From the NCBI GenBank assembly GCA_965218695.1, contig OZ244651.1, positions 2,144,001-2,208,000 of the forward strand: a stretch of 64,000 nucleotides of DNA, read 5' to 3'. Numbering within the stretch: the first letter of the stretch is position 1; every line of letters begins with the position of its first letter. This stretch comes from Nitrosopumilus sp. GTDB taxonomy: Archaea; Thermoproteota; Nitrososphaeria; Nitrososphaerales; Nitrosopumilaceae. The notes under the pieces are model-generated. The model saw only the letters and a program-made list of their open reading frames with translations, was not told where the DNA came from and did no database searches. Below are positions 1 to 9,228 of the stretch, in pieces. The translations under genes and the position numbers were made by a program.

Positions 1-2
1 TA

Positions 3-851
3 CACGAGGAGATCTCCATTCCGTATACATTTGGCGATCTGCTGGTGTCAGGATTTACCATGTATATCAACGGGGTTCAGATGCCTGAAGACGTGGTGCA
101 AGTTGATGATTTTTTTACCGACTGGCGGACTGTCCATTTTATCATACCCCAGAGAATCCTGTTTGAGATACTTGAGGACAACCAGAACCCTGACGGGATG
201 GATTTTGTGATCCTGCCGGATCGCAACTACCCGCACATGAGTTTGGTCACAGAAAACGTCCAGTTTCGGATCCTTCTACAGTGGGAGCCTGAAGATCTCA
301 GATCCGGTTCTGATGCAAGGATACTCTTTGATGTTACCGACATCTTCCTCAAGAACAGGCCGGTTGCCGTAAGCTACGAGTTCTCAATGACCCAGAATGG
401 CAGGACAATCTTTGAGCAGAAAGGTACAAGTTCAGACTCCCGGGAATCCCACAACATTGCAGAGTTTGTCATCCCGGAGGACGTCTCGGGGATAGTGCAT
501 CTCAACTTTGAAAACCTTGCAGGCAACGATTTTGCAAAGACGACACTTCCGGTGGTGGTGGACAGGGTCATGCCCCAGAGTGATCCTGTGCAAATCCCTA
601 ACTGGATAAAAAATAATGCACTGCTGTGGTCACAGGGACAGATTGATGATGGTACATTCATCGGCGCAATACAATATCTTATCCAGAATGACATTATTAC
701 AGTATCCCAAACATCGCAGGATGATGGATCGCAGGGTATTCCAGACTGGGTCAGAACCAATGCTGCATTGTGGGCAGATGGGCAGATTGACAATGGCACG
801 TTCATCTTGGGACTGGAGTTTCTTATCCGGGTGGGGATAATCACTATCTGA
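3..851 (+). CDS. Thaumarchaeal exported/surface protein with C-terminal IPxWIKNNAxWW repeats (5'-truncated by the window)
   Basis: Frame is open from position 3. C-terminus has two IP(N/D)W(I/V)(K/R)xNAxLWxxGQID repeats typical of Nitrosopumilaceae surface proteins. Confidence 0.75.
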   Translation, partial: HEEISIPYTFGDLLVSGFTMYINGVQMPEDVVQVDDFFTDWRTVHFIIPQRILFEILEDNQNPDGMDFVILPDRNYPHMSLVTENVQFRILLQWEPEDLRSGSDARILFDVTDIFLKNRPVAVSYEFSMTQNGRTIFEQKGTSSDSRESHNIAEFVIPEDVSGIVHLNFENLAGNDFAKTTLPVVVDRVMPQSDPVQIPNWIKNNALLWSQGQIDDGTFIGAIQYLIQNDIITVSQTSQDDGSQGIPDWVRTNAALWADGQIDNGTFILGLEFLIRVGIITI

Positions 852-1000
852 TCCGGCACTGTTTGAATGACATACCCGCACGGTAACCATGAATCGTCCT
901 CATGTACTGCCGGGAGAATCAGAACCGTTCAGTCACCGGCGCGCAGTAGCCATCCCAAAGGGATATCATATTAAGGCAAAAGATCCTCTTGATAGATTAA

Positions 1001-2233
1001 TTGAAGACCGTACACTTGGCCTGCCTTGCAGGCATAGTCATTACAGGACTGCTCTGCACAACCCTCCTTCAAATGGCAGATGCCCAGGTGGTCATACCAT
1101 CAGACGAGTATCTGGGGTACCATGACGCCCTCGGAATCTATACCGTGGTGGGCAATGTCAAGAATGAAGGCGACTTTGCAGTGATTCCGACCATTACCGT
1201 CTCCGTGACTGACGGCTCCACGATTGTCTCTGAGACGATGAGGTACGTCCCGATACCGTCAAAAGGAGAGATCCCGTTCAAGGTAAAGTTTCCCCATCTT
1301 ACCACCAATGCCCCAATCCTTGGGGAACCGATAGTCACGTTTGAGAGGACAGTTGCTGACAGGGTTCCAATTGACGTACTATATGACAGGACACTGATAA
1401 AGCACGAGGACGGCCACCTAACCGGACGAATCCAGAACAACGGTGATCAGACCATCCACTATCCCAAGATCTTTGCCGTGGTTCACGGGTATGATGCAGT
1501 ACTGGATATCGCCCAAAACATCGAGTTTATCGAAAAGATCGAGCCCGGCGAAATCGTAGAGTTCTCCATGTATCCCGATCCTGCAATTACCGAGGATGTC
1601 TTTTACTACAGCTGCTTTGGACCAGTCGATACCACCGTGGTTCCGCTGACTGCCAAGAAGAACGGCGGAGACTTTAACTTCAGATACGACTCGGGTTCGC
1701 AGTATTCCGGGCCGATCTTTGACGAAGAGGGAACCACAATGACCCTTCAGGGCTACAACAGTTTTGCCATTGGAACCTATGTCAACTTTGAGCTTCCACC
1801 CATATCTGGAAACGAAGAGTTTGCAGTCACCGTAAACGACCAGCCCATAGACTTTATCCAAAGCAAGGACGATCTGGGGTACTGGCATATTGCATTCTCC
1901 GTCGAGCCCATCTCACAGGACATCGTAAGGATATCGGGGTTTGAGAAGGGACTTCCACCAGATCTGCCGCGTGTACCTGAGTGGGTCAAACTTGGTGCTA
2001 CGTGGTGGGTTGCCGGAGAGATATCTGCAGGCGAGTTCCTTGAGGGAATCAATTTTCTGTTTGAAAAGGCGATCATATCGGTCCCGTCGCGGAACATTGT
2101 TGCAGAGTCACAGTGGACGGTTCCCTCGTGGGTGACAGCGCCTGCCAAACTGTGGTCAGAGGACAGTATTACCGATGATGAGTTTCTGGCCATGATGGAA
2201 TACCTTGTGGAAAAGGGCATAGTCGTAGCGTAG
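1001..2233 (+). CDS. Exported protein with signal peptide and C-terminal VPxWV...WW anchor-like domain
   Basis: Hydrophobic N-terminal signal, beta-rich middle, and VPEWVK...WW / VPSWV...LW repeats. Confidence 0.7.
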   Translation: MKTVHLACLAGIVITGLLCTTLLQMADAQVVIPSDEYLGYHDALGIYTVVGNVKNEGDFAVIPTITVSVTDGSTIVSETMRYVPIPSKGEIPFKVKFPHLTTNAPILGEPIVTFERTVADRVPIDVLYDRTLIKHEDGHLTGRIQNNGDQTIHYPKIFAVVHGYDAVLDIAQNIEFIEKIEPGEIVEFSMYPDPAITEDVFYYSCFGPVDTTVVPLTAKKNGGDFNFRYDSGSQYSGPIFDEEGTTMTLQGYNSFAIGTYVNFELPPISGNEEFAVTVNDQPIDFIQSKDDLGYWHIAFSVEPISQDIVRISGFEKGLPPDLPRVPEWVKLGATWWVAGEISAGEFLEGINFLFEKAIISVPSRNIVAESQWTVPSWVTAPAKLWSEDSITDDEFLAMMEYLVEKGIVVA

Positions 2234-2314
2234 GTTTTGTGATCCAGGTTAGGCCATACCCTGATACAACAGGTTCAAAAAATCTTATTATACAAATTTT
2301 CACCATGCAGTATC

Positions 2315-3094
2315 ATGTTCCCTCTGCGCGATGAGAATCCACATCCTCCCGGATTCAAGCCGAGGGTCACGTATGCCCTGATGATAGCCAACATTGCAGT
2401 ATTCTTCATGGAGGTGGCATACACGGGCCAGTTCTTTGATTTTACAAACAGGAACGCCTTTGACCTGTTCTACAGCTGGGGTGCTGTTCCGTACTGCGTT
2501 ACAGGCGGAGATATCATAAGGATCGACTTTGGAGCAGGTCCTATATCCGTATCATGTCCTGCCATGCCATATATCTCCCTGATAACCTCCACATTCCTTC
2601 ACGGAGGCCTGATGCATCTGGGGGGCAACATGCTGTTCCTGTGGATCTTTGGCGATAACATAGAGCAAAAGTTCGGGAAGCTAAAATATCTTGGAATCTA
2701 TCTTATGTGGGGAGTTCTTGCAGGGCTGGTTCACATATATGGCGATACCGCCAGTGCGACTCCTGCAGTCGGTGCATCCGGGGCCATCTCCGGAGTGTTG
2801 GGTGCATACTTGATTATATTTCCCAAGGCAAGAATACAGACATTCCTGATGCTGGGATTCTTTTGGAGAATGATACACATTCAGGCAAGATGGTTCCTGC
2901 CGTTCTGGCTGGTCTTCCAGAACCTGCTTCCGTTCTTTATAGGAGGGTTTGGAGTAGCAGGTGGCGGCGTGGCGTACCTTGCCCACATCGGAGGATTTGT
3001 AGTAGGTCTTGCAACCGGGTACCTCTACAAAAAGACGCACAGCTCCGAGAGCCTGTACGGGACGCGATACGGCTACAGGTCTGACTACCGGTAA
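2315..3094 (+). CDS. Rhomboid family intramembrane serine protease
   Basis: FLHGGLMHLGGNM, GASGA (catalytic Ser) and AHIGG (catalytic His). Confidence 0.92.
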   Translation: MFPLRDENPHPPGFKPRVTYALMIANIAVFFMEVAYTGQFFDFTNRNAFDLFYSWGAVPYCVTGGDIIRIDFGAGPISVSCPAMPYISLITSTFLHGGLMHLGGNMLFLWIFGDNIEQKFGKLKYLGIYLMWGVLAGLVHIYGDTASATPAVGASGAISGVLGAYLIIFPKARIQTFLMLGFFWRMIHIQARWFLPFWLVFQNLLPFFIGGFGVAGGGVAYLAHIGGFVVGLATGYLYKKTHSSESLYGTRYGYRSDYR

Positions 3095-3125
3095 CTAAAA
3101 ATTCCGTATTCTGCCCCTAAATGTA

Positions 3126-3302
3126 ATGCCGTTAATTAAAGTATCAATGTATCCTGGCAGGACTCAGGAACAGAAGGATGCGTTTGCAAAGGCCGTGACA
3201 AGGTCTGCTGTAGACATTCTCAAGACCAAGGAGAGCCACGTAATCGTCATCTTTGAGGACAATCCCCGGGAGAACTGGTTTCTTGCAGGAGACCGACTCT
3301 AA
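3126..3302 (+). CDS. 4-oxalocrotonate tautomerase family protein (58 aa, not in the ORF track)
   Basis: Manual translation: MPLIKVSMYPGRTQEQKDAFAKAVT...VIFEDNPRENW. Has the N-terminal catalytic Pro and GRT.EQK motif. Confidence 0.88.
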   Translation: MPLIKVSMYPGRTQEQKDAFAKAVTRSAVDILKTKESHVIVIFEDNPRENWFLAGDRL

Positions 3303-3393
3303 TTATTTTTAAGCTACAGATGAATCCATTCCTGCGCGACTATGGCCTTGGCACCGGCAGATTCTTTTTATTGCAATCCGACAGACATTCCTT

Positions 3394-4200
3394 GTGAAGG
3401 CAGCAGTAGTCCAGTTCAAGGCATCGACTGACAAGGCAGCCAACCTCAAGAGGATAATCTCGTTTATCTCCAAGGCCGCATCAGACGGTGCCGCGCTGTG
3501 TGCGTTTCCAGAGTTTATGATGTTTTATACTGACTCATCACAGACGCCAGGACAGCTTGCAGCCATGGCCGAGACTGTTGACGGAGACTTTGTAACTGCC
3601 CTCTCAAGGGCTGCCCGGGAGAACCGCATAGACGTAGTAGGATCGTTTTATGAAAAGAGCGCAAGGAGGAACAGGGTGCATGACACGTCTGTCATAATAG
3701 ACAGAACCGGCAGAATCGTCTCTACATACCGCAAGATTCACCTCTATGACGCTCTGGGATTCAAGGAGTCCAGAAAGATGACACCCGGTTCTGAGATTGC
3801 AAGACCTGTAAGGACGTCTGTGGGAAGAACAGGCATGATGATCTGCTACGATCTGAGGTTTCCCGAAATGTCCCGCTGGCTTGCAGCCTCCGGCTCGGAG
3901 GTTATTGTAGCGCCGTCTGCATGGGTTCAGGGGGATATGAAAGAAGAGCACTGGCTCACAATTAACCGGGCGCGTGCAATCGAGAATGGATGCTATGTAA
4001 TCGCACCAGACCAGGTAGGCAACATCTACTGCGGAAGAAGTCTAGTAGTTGATCCGTTTGGCAGAATACTGCTTGACATGGGACAGAGACAGGGCATAGG
4101 ATATGCCGATATTGACATGCAAAACGTGCAGAAGACAAGGAGGATATTGCCACTGCTTAAGAACAGAAGAACCGATGTGTACCGCTCCCCGGACTGCTAG
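3394..4200 (+). CDS. Carbon-nitrogen hydrolase (nitrilase superfamily, Nit1-like)
   Basis: FPE, YRKIHL and ICYDLRFPE give the Glu-Lys-Cys triad. Confidence 0.9.
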   Translation: MKAAVVQFKASTDKAANLKRIISFISKAASDGAALCAFPEFMMFYTDSSQTPGQLAAMAETVDGDFVTALSRAARENRIDVVGSFYEKSARRNRVHDTSVIIDRTGRIVSTYRKIHLYDALGFKESRKMTPGSEIARPVRTSVGRTGMMICYDLRFPEMSRWLAASGSEVIVAPSAWVQGDMKEEHWLTINRARAIENGCYVIAPDQVGNIYCGRSLVVDPFGRILLDMGQRQGIGYADIDMQNVQKTRRILPLLKNRRTDVYRSPDC

Positions 4201-4865
4201 ATTCTGCTGCTGCATACAATGTTTGAGCACTGTCTTGTCCAGCTCTGGATTCTTGTGTACCTGAAGATTATTACCGGCCACCTGCAGACATCGCATCTGT
4301 TCTTTGTTGCCCGGAGCTTTGCCTTCTGCAATAGCGGTGAGGATGCCTTGCATCCGCCGTAAAAGTTCGAACATCCCATGAACCGCTTTCCGGTTGTTCT
4401 TGATCTGATTATCATCAGCTCACCTAGCCCGCATTCGGGACACTGTACAAGTCCCTTCTTTGGAAAGTTTGTCCCTAGAATCATATACTTTTTCTCCCTT
4501 GGGGACCATGACAGGTATCCTGTTGGATCCAGATACTGCTGGATCTCCTTCTTGAAGCCTTCTGTTCCGGTCTTTGTCATCTTTACAGTGTGCCTGGGAA
4601 CAACTCTGGGAGTGGTCCGCACCTTTGGTTTCTTTGTCATGGTACCTGCTCTGGGAGTGGTCCGCACCTTTGGTTTCTTTGTCATGGTACCTGCTCTGGG
4701 AGTGGTCCGCACCTTTGGTTTCTTTGTCATGGTACCTGCTCTGGGAGTGGTCCGCACCTTTGGTTTCTTTGTCATGGTACCTGCTCTGGGAGTGGTCCGC
4801 ACCTTTGGTTTCTTTGTCATGGTACCTGCTCTGGGAGTGGTCCGCACCTTTGGTTTCTTTGTCAT
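4197..4865 (-). CDS. Topoisomerase I C4 zinc-ribbon domain protein with a repetitive Lys/Arg-rich N-terminus
   Basis: CPECG...GKRFMGCSNFYGGC and CDVC...CSNIVC. N-terminal 15-aa unit occurs about 6 times. Confidence 0.75.
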   Translation of the reverse strand: MTKKPKVRTTPRAGTMTKKPKVRTTPRAGTMTKKPKVRTTPRAGTMTKKPKVRTTPRAGTMTKKPKVRTTPRAGTMTKKPKVRTTPRVVPRHTVKMTKTGTEGFKKEIQQYLDPTGYLSWSPREKKYMILGTNFPKKGLVQCPECGLGELMIIRSRTTGKRFMGCSNFYGGCKASSPLLQKAKLRATKNRCDVCRWPVIIFRYTRIQSWTRQCSNIVCSSRI

Positions 4866-4871
4866 GGTACC
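4604..4871. repeat. Perfect 45-bp tandem repeat, 5 full copies plus 43 bp
   Basis: Unit CTCTGGGAGTGGTCCGCACCTTTGGTTTCTTTGTCATGGTACCTG starts at 4604, 4649, 4694, 4739, 4784 and 4829. Confidence 0.97.
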
Positions 4872-4916
4872 GATACTGCTAAAACGATTTTTATATGGAC
4901 TCCGATCAGTGGCGAT

Positions 4917-6071
4917 GTGGAAAAGGTTTGCGTTCTTGGTGCAGGCAGCACCAAATATGGAAAGCTTAACGACAGCATCGCCGATATTACGACACAGGCA
5001 TCGGCAATGGCAATCGAGGATGCAGGCATTGATCCCAAGGAGGTCAAGGCAGCATACATCTCAAACGTCTTTGGTGTTGCAGACAAGCAGGTGCATCTTG
5101 GCCCGGTTCTGATGAGCAATCTTGGAATCTCGGATAGGCCGTCATTGTCCATCGAGTCTGCCTGCGGAAGCGGCTCTGTCTCATTTAGGGAAGCATACGC
5201 AAACGTTGCAGCCGGCTTTTATGATTGTCTGGTAGTTACCGGGGTGGAGAAGGTGACCCACACTGGAACCGAATGGACCACAACATACTTTTCATATTGT
5301 TCGGACTTTTTTTACGAGGGACAATCAGGTGCATCATTTCCGGGGCTGTTTGCCTCGATGGCACGTGCATACCTGACTGAGTTTGATGCCACTGAAGAGG
5401 ATCTGGCACTGGTCGCAGTAAAGAATCACAAAAATGGCATGCTCAACCCAAAGGCCCACCTGCAAAAAGAGATCACACTTGATGACGTAATGAATTCGCC
5501 GGTGGTTGCAAGCCCGCTTAAGCTTTACGACTGCTGTCCCTTCTCTGACGGGGCTAGTTCTGTAATACTCTGTTCTGAAAAATTTGCAAGGGAGCAGGGA
5601 GGTAGCTACATAGAGGTAATAGGTTCTGGCAGGGGAGGTTCGCCTGCAGCCCTACAGGGCCGGGATCGCCTGACTACAATTCCAAGTACAAAGATCGCAG
5701 CGGAGGCTGCATACAAGATGGCCGGAATAACCCCTGGGGATGTAGATTTTGCAGAGGTACACGACTGTTTTACAATTGCAGAGGTGGTGGACACTGAGGA
5801 TCTGGGGTTCTTTGAGAAGGGCACAGGCTTCCAGGCGGTCCGCGAGGGCAAAACCGACCTGAACTCGGACGTATCGATCAACCCGTCTGGTGGTCTCAAG
5901 TCAAAGGGACATCCGATCGGAGCGACCGGCGTGGGTCAGGTAGTGGAGGTGTATGATCAGCTGACCGGGAGGGCAGGCAAGAGAACCGTCAAGGATGCTA
6001 GAATCGGTCTTACTCACAACTTTGGCGCAACCGGGGCAAGCTGTGCAGTCCATCTGTTCCAAGGAGTATGA
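4917..6071 (+). CDS. Acetyl-CoA acetyltransferase / acetoacetyl-CoA thiolase
   Basis: ESACGSG, EVHDCF and KGHPIGATG. Likely GTG start at 4917 after TTTTATAT at ~4889; the track ORF extends through the repeat. Confidence 0.9.
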   Translation: MEKVCVLGAGSTKYGKLNDSIADITTQASAMAIEDAGIDPKEVKAAYISNVFGVADKQVHLGPVLMSNLGISDRPSLSIESACGSGSVSFREAYANVAAGFYDCLVVTGVEKVTHTGTEWTTTYFSYCSDFFYEGQSGASFPGLFASMARAYLTEFDATEEDLALVAVKNHKNGMLNPKAHLQKEITLDDVMNSPVVASPLKLYDCCPFSDGASSVILCSEKFAREQGGSYIEVIGSGRGGSPAALQGRDRLTTIPSTKIAAEAAYKMAGITPGDVDFAEVHDCFTIAEVVDTEDLGFFEKGTGFQAVREGKTDLNSDVSINPSGGLKSKGHPIGATGVGQVVEVYDQLTGRAGKRTVKDARIGLTHNFGATGASCAVHLFQGV

Positions 6072-6072
6072 T

Positions 6073-6438
6073 ATGTCCATAAAGGAGAGTCTTATTGAGA
6101 ACGCAAGACAGGGAAATATCCTTGTCCACAAGTGCACTGCATGTGGCAACCTGCATCTCTCTACTGTCTATTTTTGCCAGGGATGTGGTAGTAAGGACTT
6201 TGAGGATGTCATACTGGCAGGCACCGGCTCTGTTGTTACCTATACGATAATCACCGTGCCCCCTACAGGCTTTGAGGAGTATACCCCGTATGCCTTTGTC
6301 GTGCTTGGGCTGGACGACTCTGATCTGAGAATATCTGGATTCATGGCAGGAATAACGACACCTGCGGATCTTCCGGTAGGGACCAGAGCTAGGGTTGTAG
6401 GTTATGATCAGCGTGGCATTCTGATTGAAAAGCAGTAA
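6073..6438 (+). CDS. DUF35 Zn-ribbon/OB-fold protein (thiolase partner)
   Basis: CTACG...CQGCG followed by G.VVTYTII, directly after the thiolase. Confidence 0.88.
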   Translation: MSIKESLIENARQGNILVHKCTACGNLHLSTVYFCQGCGSKDFEDVILAGTGSVVTYTIITVPPTGFEEYTPYAFVVLGLDDSDLRISGFMAGITTPADLPVGTRARVVGYDQRGILIEKQ

Positions 6439-6507
6439 AATTATTTGTCCTGATTATTAAAAAGAATTAGATCAACTTTTAATTATTCCAGGCATGCGAT
6501 AATTCTC

Positions 6508-6669
6508 ATGTCAATAGAGATTACATGTGGCAAGTGCGGAGAACAGATTGTGCGGATGAAGATGCTAAAACCGCTCAAGAATATTCTGAATTCGTCAGGG
6601 GGAAAGTGTCCTTCATGCGGCCAGAAACTCTCCACATCCGAGTTTTCTCTTGACATCCAAGATGCCTGA
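6508..6669 (+). CDS. Small zinc-ribbon protein (53 aa, not in the ORF track)
   Basis: Manual translation MSIEITCGKCG...GKCPSCGQKL contains two CxxC motifs. Confidence 0.7.
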   Translation: MSIEITCGKCGEQIVRMKMLKPLKNILNSSGGKCPSCGQKLSTSEFSLDIQDA

Positions 6670-6749
6670 TACCATTCCCTAAAACCCCTGTATTCTCTGT
6701 CAAAATGAATTGACATTATGTTTATTTACTTTCACATCAAGATACTCTT

Positions 6750-8855
6750 ATGGACGACGACGCCGAACCGAAGCGGAGTGGCATACTCAAATCCACCTCA
6801 AAGCGTGTAAGGATGATCTTCTCTGTCATGGCAAGTCCCAACCGGATCGATATTCTTCGGATTCTTAACTCCAAGGGCCCCCTGACTTACTCTGAACTAA
6901 AGTCGCTTGCCGGGTTCAAATCAAAAAAAGAGAGCGGCAAGTTTGCATACCACCTGAGAAAACTGCTCCGGCAGTCGCTTGTGGCACTCAACAAATCCGA
7001 AAGACGTTACACCATTACCAATCTGGGAAAGCTGGTGCTGAGCTTGGCACGGCAGATCGAGGAGAGATCCATCATTGAGAGCGGAAAGATGTACGTCAGG
7101 ACATCACACAACTCGTTTGAGGAGTTTAATCCCTACAAGATAGTCCAGTCGCTGGTTCGCGAGGGGAACCTTCCACTGGAATTGGCTCAGAAGATTACCG
7201 AGGAAGTGGAGAACCGCATCTACAAGTATCAGACCACCTACCTTACAGGCTCGCTTATCCGAGAGCTGGTCAACTCCGTCCTGCTTGAGCACGGCCATGA
7301 GGAGTACCGGGGCAGGCTTGCGCGCATGGGCATACCGCTTTACGACATAAATGAAATGATCTCCAATCTGGAGGGAATGAACAACGGCGTAGAGGATCTC
7401 CAGTTTGCCATAAGCCAGAAGGTTCTTGCCGAGCAGCTTATCTCCAGCACACTGCCCAAGGATCTGGCAGACTCGCATCTGTCTGGCGATCTGCACATTA
7501 CCAATCCCGGAGCCTGGTCGCTGATTCCTGACATCGTCTTTGTCAACATCAAGGAGATCTTTGAGGACGGAGTAAACCTTGGCGGCAAGTATCTTGATGT
7601 GTCTAGGGTTCCATCATCCAGACAACTCGGCGATCTTGCAATCTCGCTTTCAATCATGATATCCCTTCTCTCAAAGGAGGCGTCCCGAGAAGTAGTACTT
7701 GACGGATTGGTCGCGCTGTTTGCCAGTCACATCTCCGCCCCAGATCTAGAACAGAACATTACCAATGCGTTTGTGGCTGCATCCCCCACATCAAAACATA
7801 ATGACCCAGGCACTGTAGTCTCAGTCAGACTTCAGCTGGGCTCTGACCCAGAGACGACTGCTGCCATAATCGGTGCATACAAGAACTATACAAGGATTAC
7901 ACCGACTCCAAAGATAGGTCTCATAATTGACTATGGCAAGGAGACAGTTTCCGGCATCTCCGGTCAGATATCTGAGATAATACTGCTCGGGGGACGGGTC
8001 AGTTTTATCAATGGACACATGTCAAGCTCCGGACTGGCCACCGGCTCCAAAAGGAACCACGGACCGGTATCAGTAGCACTCCAGTCTATCTCGATTAATC
8101 TTCCAAGGCTTGCATTCGAATCAAACAAGGATGAGACCTACTTTCGGGCAAGACTTGCGCTGCTGATGAAGCCGGCTCTTGCGGCAATGGCGCTAAGAAA
8201 GAAGGGCATTCTGGATCTTACCCGGAAGGGACTCCACCCAATTCTTGCACAGAACATCCAGTTTATGCAGAGGAATTCCGTGTCCCTGATCATAAATCTG
8301 GTCGGACTCAAGGAGGCAGTATTTGGTATTCTGGGACACAAAAACGACAAGGAAGGCCGTGAGATCCTTCAAAAGGTAATTACGACTGCAGTAGATGTGG
8401 GCAACAAGAGCGGCAAGGATCTGGGCGATCCAGTCTTTGTATGCATGATTGATACTGACAGCTCGGCGCGTTTTGCAGGGATGGATGGCGAAAAATACGG
8501 CAAGAATTCAGTCATTGGCACCCCAGAGGATAACTCCTACTCCCAAGGAGTGACAATCAATGCATCTGAAATCCACCAGTACACCAGCAGAAGCGAGCCG
8601 GTATCCGAATCCAACAGGTTCTCAAGATTCCTCAATGGGGGCGTGTCCATTACACTGCAGATTGACAGGGATGCCGGGTACGAGGCAGTCAAGGATTCCA
8701 TAGAGAAGATGTCAGAGCTTGTCTCTCACTTTCGGCCCGTCAAGGACATCGTAATGTGCAACGAATGTGGCTTTAAGGATGAGCCGTTTGAGGACAGGTG
8801 TCCAAGATGCAATTCCCGTTACACCACCTTAAACCAGAATGATTTCGGAGATTGA
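6750..8855 (+). CDS. ArsR-type HTH + ATP-cone + NrdD (class III RNR)-like fusion, apparently non-catalytic
   Basis: N-terminal wHTH (PNRIDILRIL...LTYSEL...AYHLRKL), ATP cone (YVRTS...EEFNPYKI), NrdD-like GDLHI and SINLPRLA, and C-terminal CxxC-CxxC. No RxxGY glycyl loop. Confidence 0.8.
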   Translation: MDDDAEPKRSGILKSTSKRVRMIFSVMASPNRIDILRILNSKGPLTYSELKSLAGFKSKKESGKFAYHLRKLLRQSLVALNKSERRYTITNLGKLVLSLARQIEERSIIESGKMYVRTSHNSFEEFNPYKIVQSLVREGNLPLELAQKITEEVENRIYKYQTTYLTGSLIRELVNSVLLEHGHEEYRGRLARMGIPLYDINEMISNLEGMNNGVEDLQFAISQKVLAEQLISSTLPKDLADSHLSGDLHITNPGAWSLIPDIVFVNIKEIFEDGVNLGGKYLDVSRVPSSRQLGDLAISLSIMISLLSKEASREVVLDGLVALFASHISAPDLEQNITNAFVAASPTSKHNDPGTVVSVRLQLGSDPETTAAIIGAYKNYTRITPTPKIGLIIDYGKETVSGISGQISEIILLGGRVSFINGHMSSSGLATGSKRNHGPVSVALQSISINLPRLAFESNKDETYFRARLALLMKPALAAMALRKKGILDLTRKGLHPILAQNIQFMQRNSVSLIINLVGLKEAVFGILGHKNDKEGREILQKVITTAVDVGNKSGKDLGDPVFVCMIDTDSSARFAGMDGEKYGKNSVIGTPEDNSYSQGVTINASEIHQYTSRSEPVSESNRFSRFLNGGVSITLQIDRDAGYEAVKDSIEKMSELVSHFRPVKDIVMCNECGFKDEPFEDRCPRCNSRYTTLNQNDFGD

Positions 8856-9228
8856 AGCATCATTATAATTGGATTGTTATGAGTTTAGTGATAGTATTAC
8901 CACCTATATGGTATCCGCCATCTACTATATTTGGTAGATAGATTTACATATAAACCTAATATATAATTATACCCAATTCTTATATTATTTTTTGTACTGA
9001 TACGATAAAAATTGGATCGGTGCATCTAGAACCAATAATACCCCAAATTCGTGCCTAGATCCAGCCCACTGCCCTGACTGTGCCTTGACTAGGTTCGTTA
9101 AAGTGAGCAGTATATATCTGTGTCCAATAAGTACTCATATGCGAATTCATCTTTTTCTTAACTTGGTGTGTTATGCATTAGAATCAAAAATTTATAACCA
9201 TATAGATCCAAGGACTTGTGATGTTTCG

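Noticed and set aside
4604-4871. Possible CRISPR array
   Set aside because: The units are contiguous and identical with no unique spacers, the period is a multiple of 3 inside a CDS, and no cas genes are present.
4590-4916. Cys/His-rich repeat N-terminal extension of the thiolase in the ORF track
   Set aside because: It is the antisense reading of the VNTR. A TATA box and a GTG at 4917 give a normal-length thiolase.
9085-9228. N-terminal extension or intein in nrdJ
   Set aside because: The extension spans the promoter. The catalytic motifs are contiguous and no intein signatures are visible.
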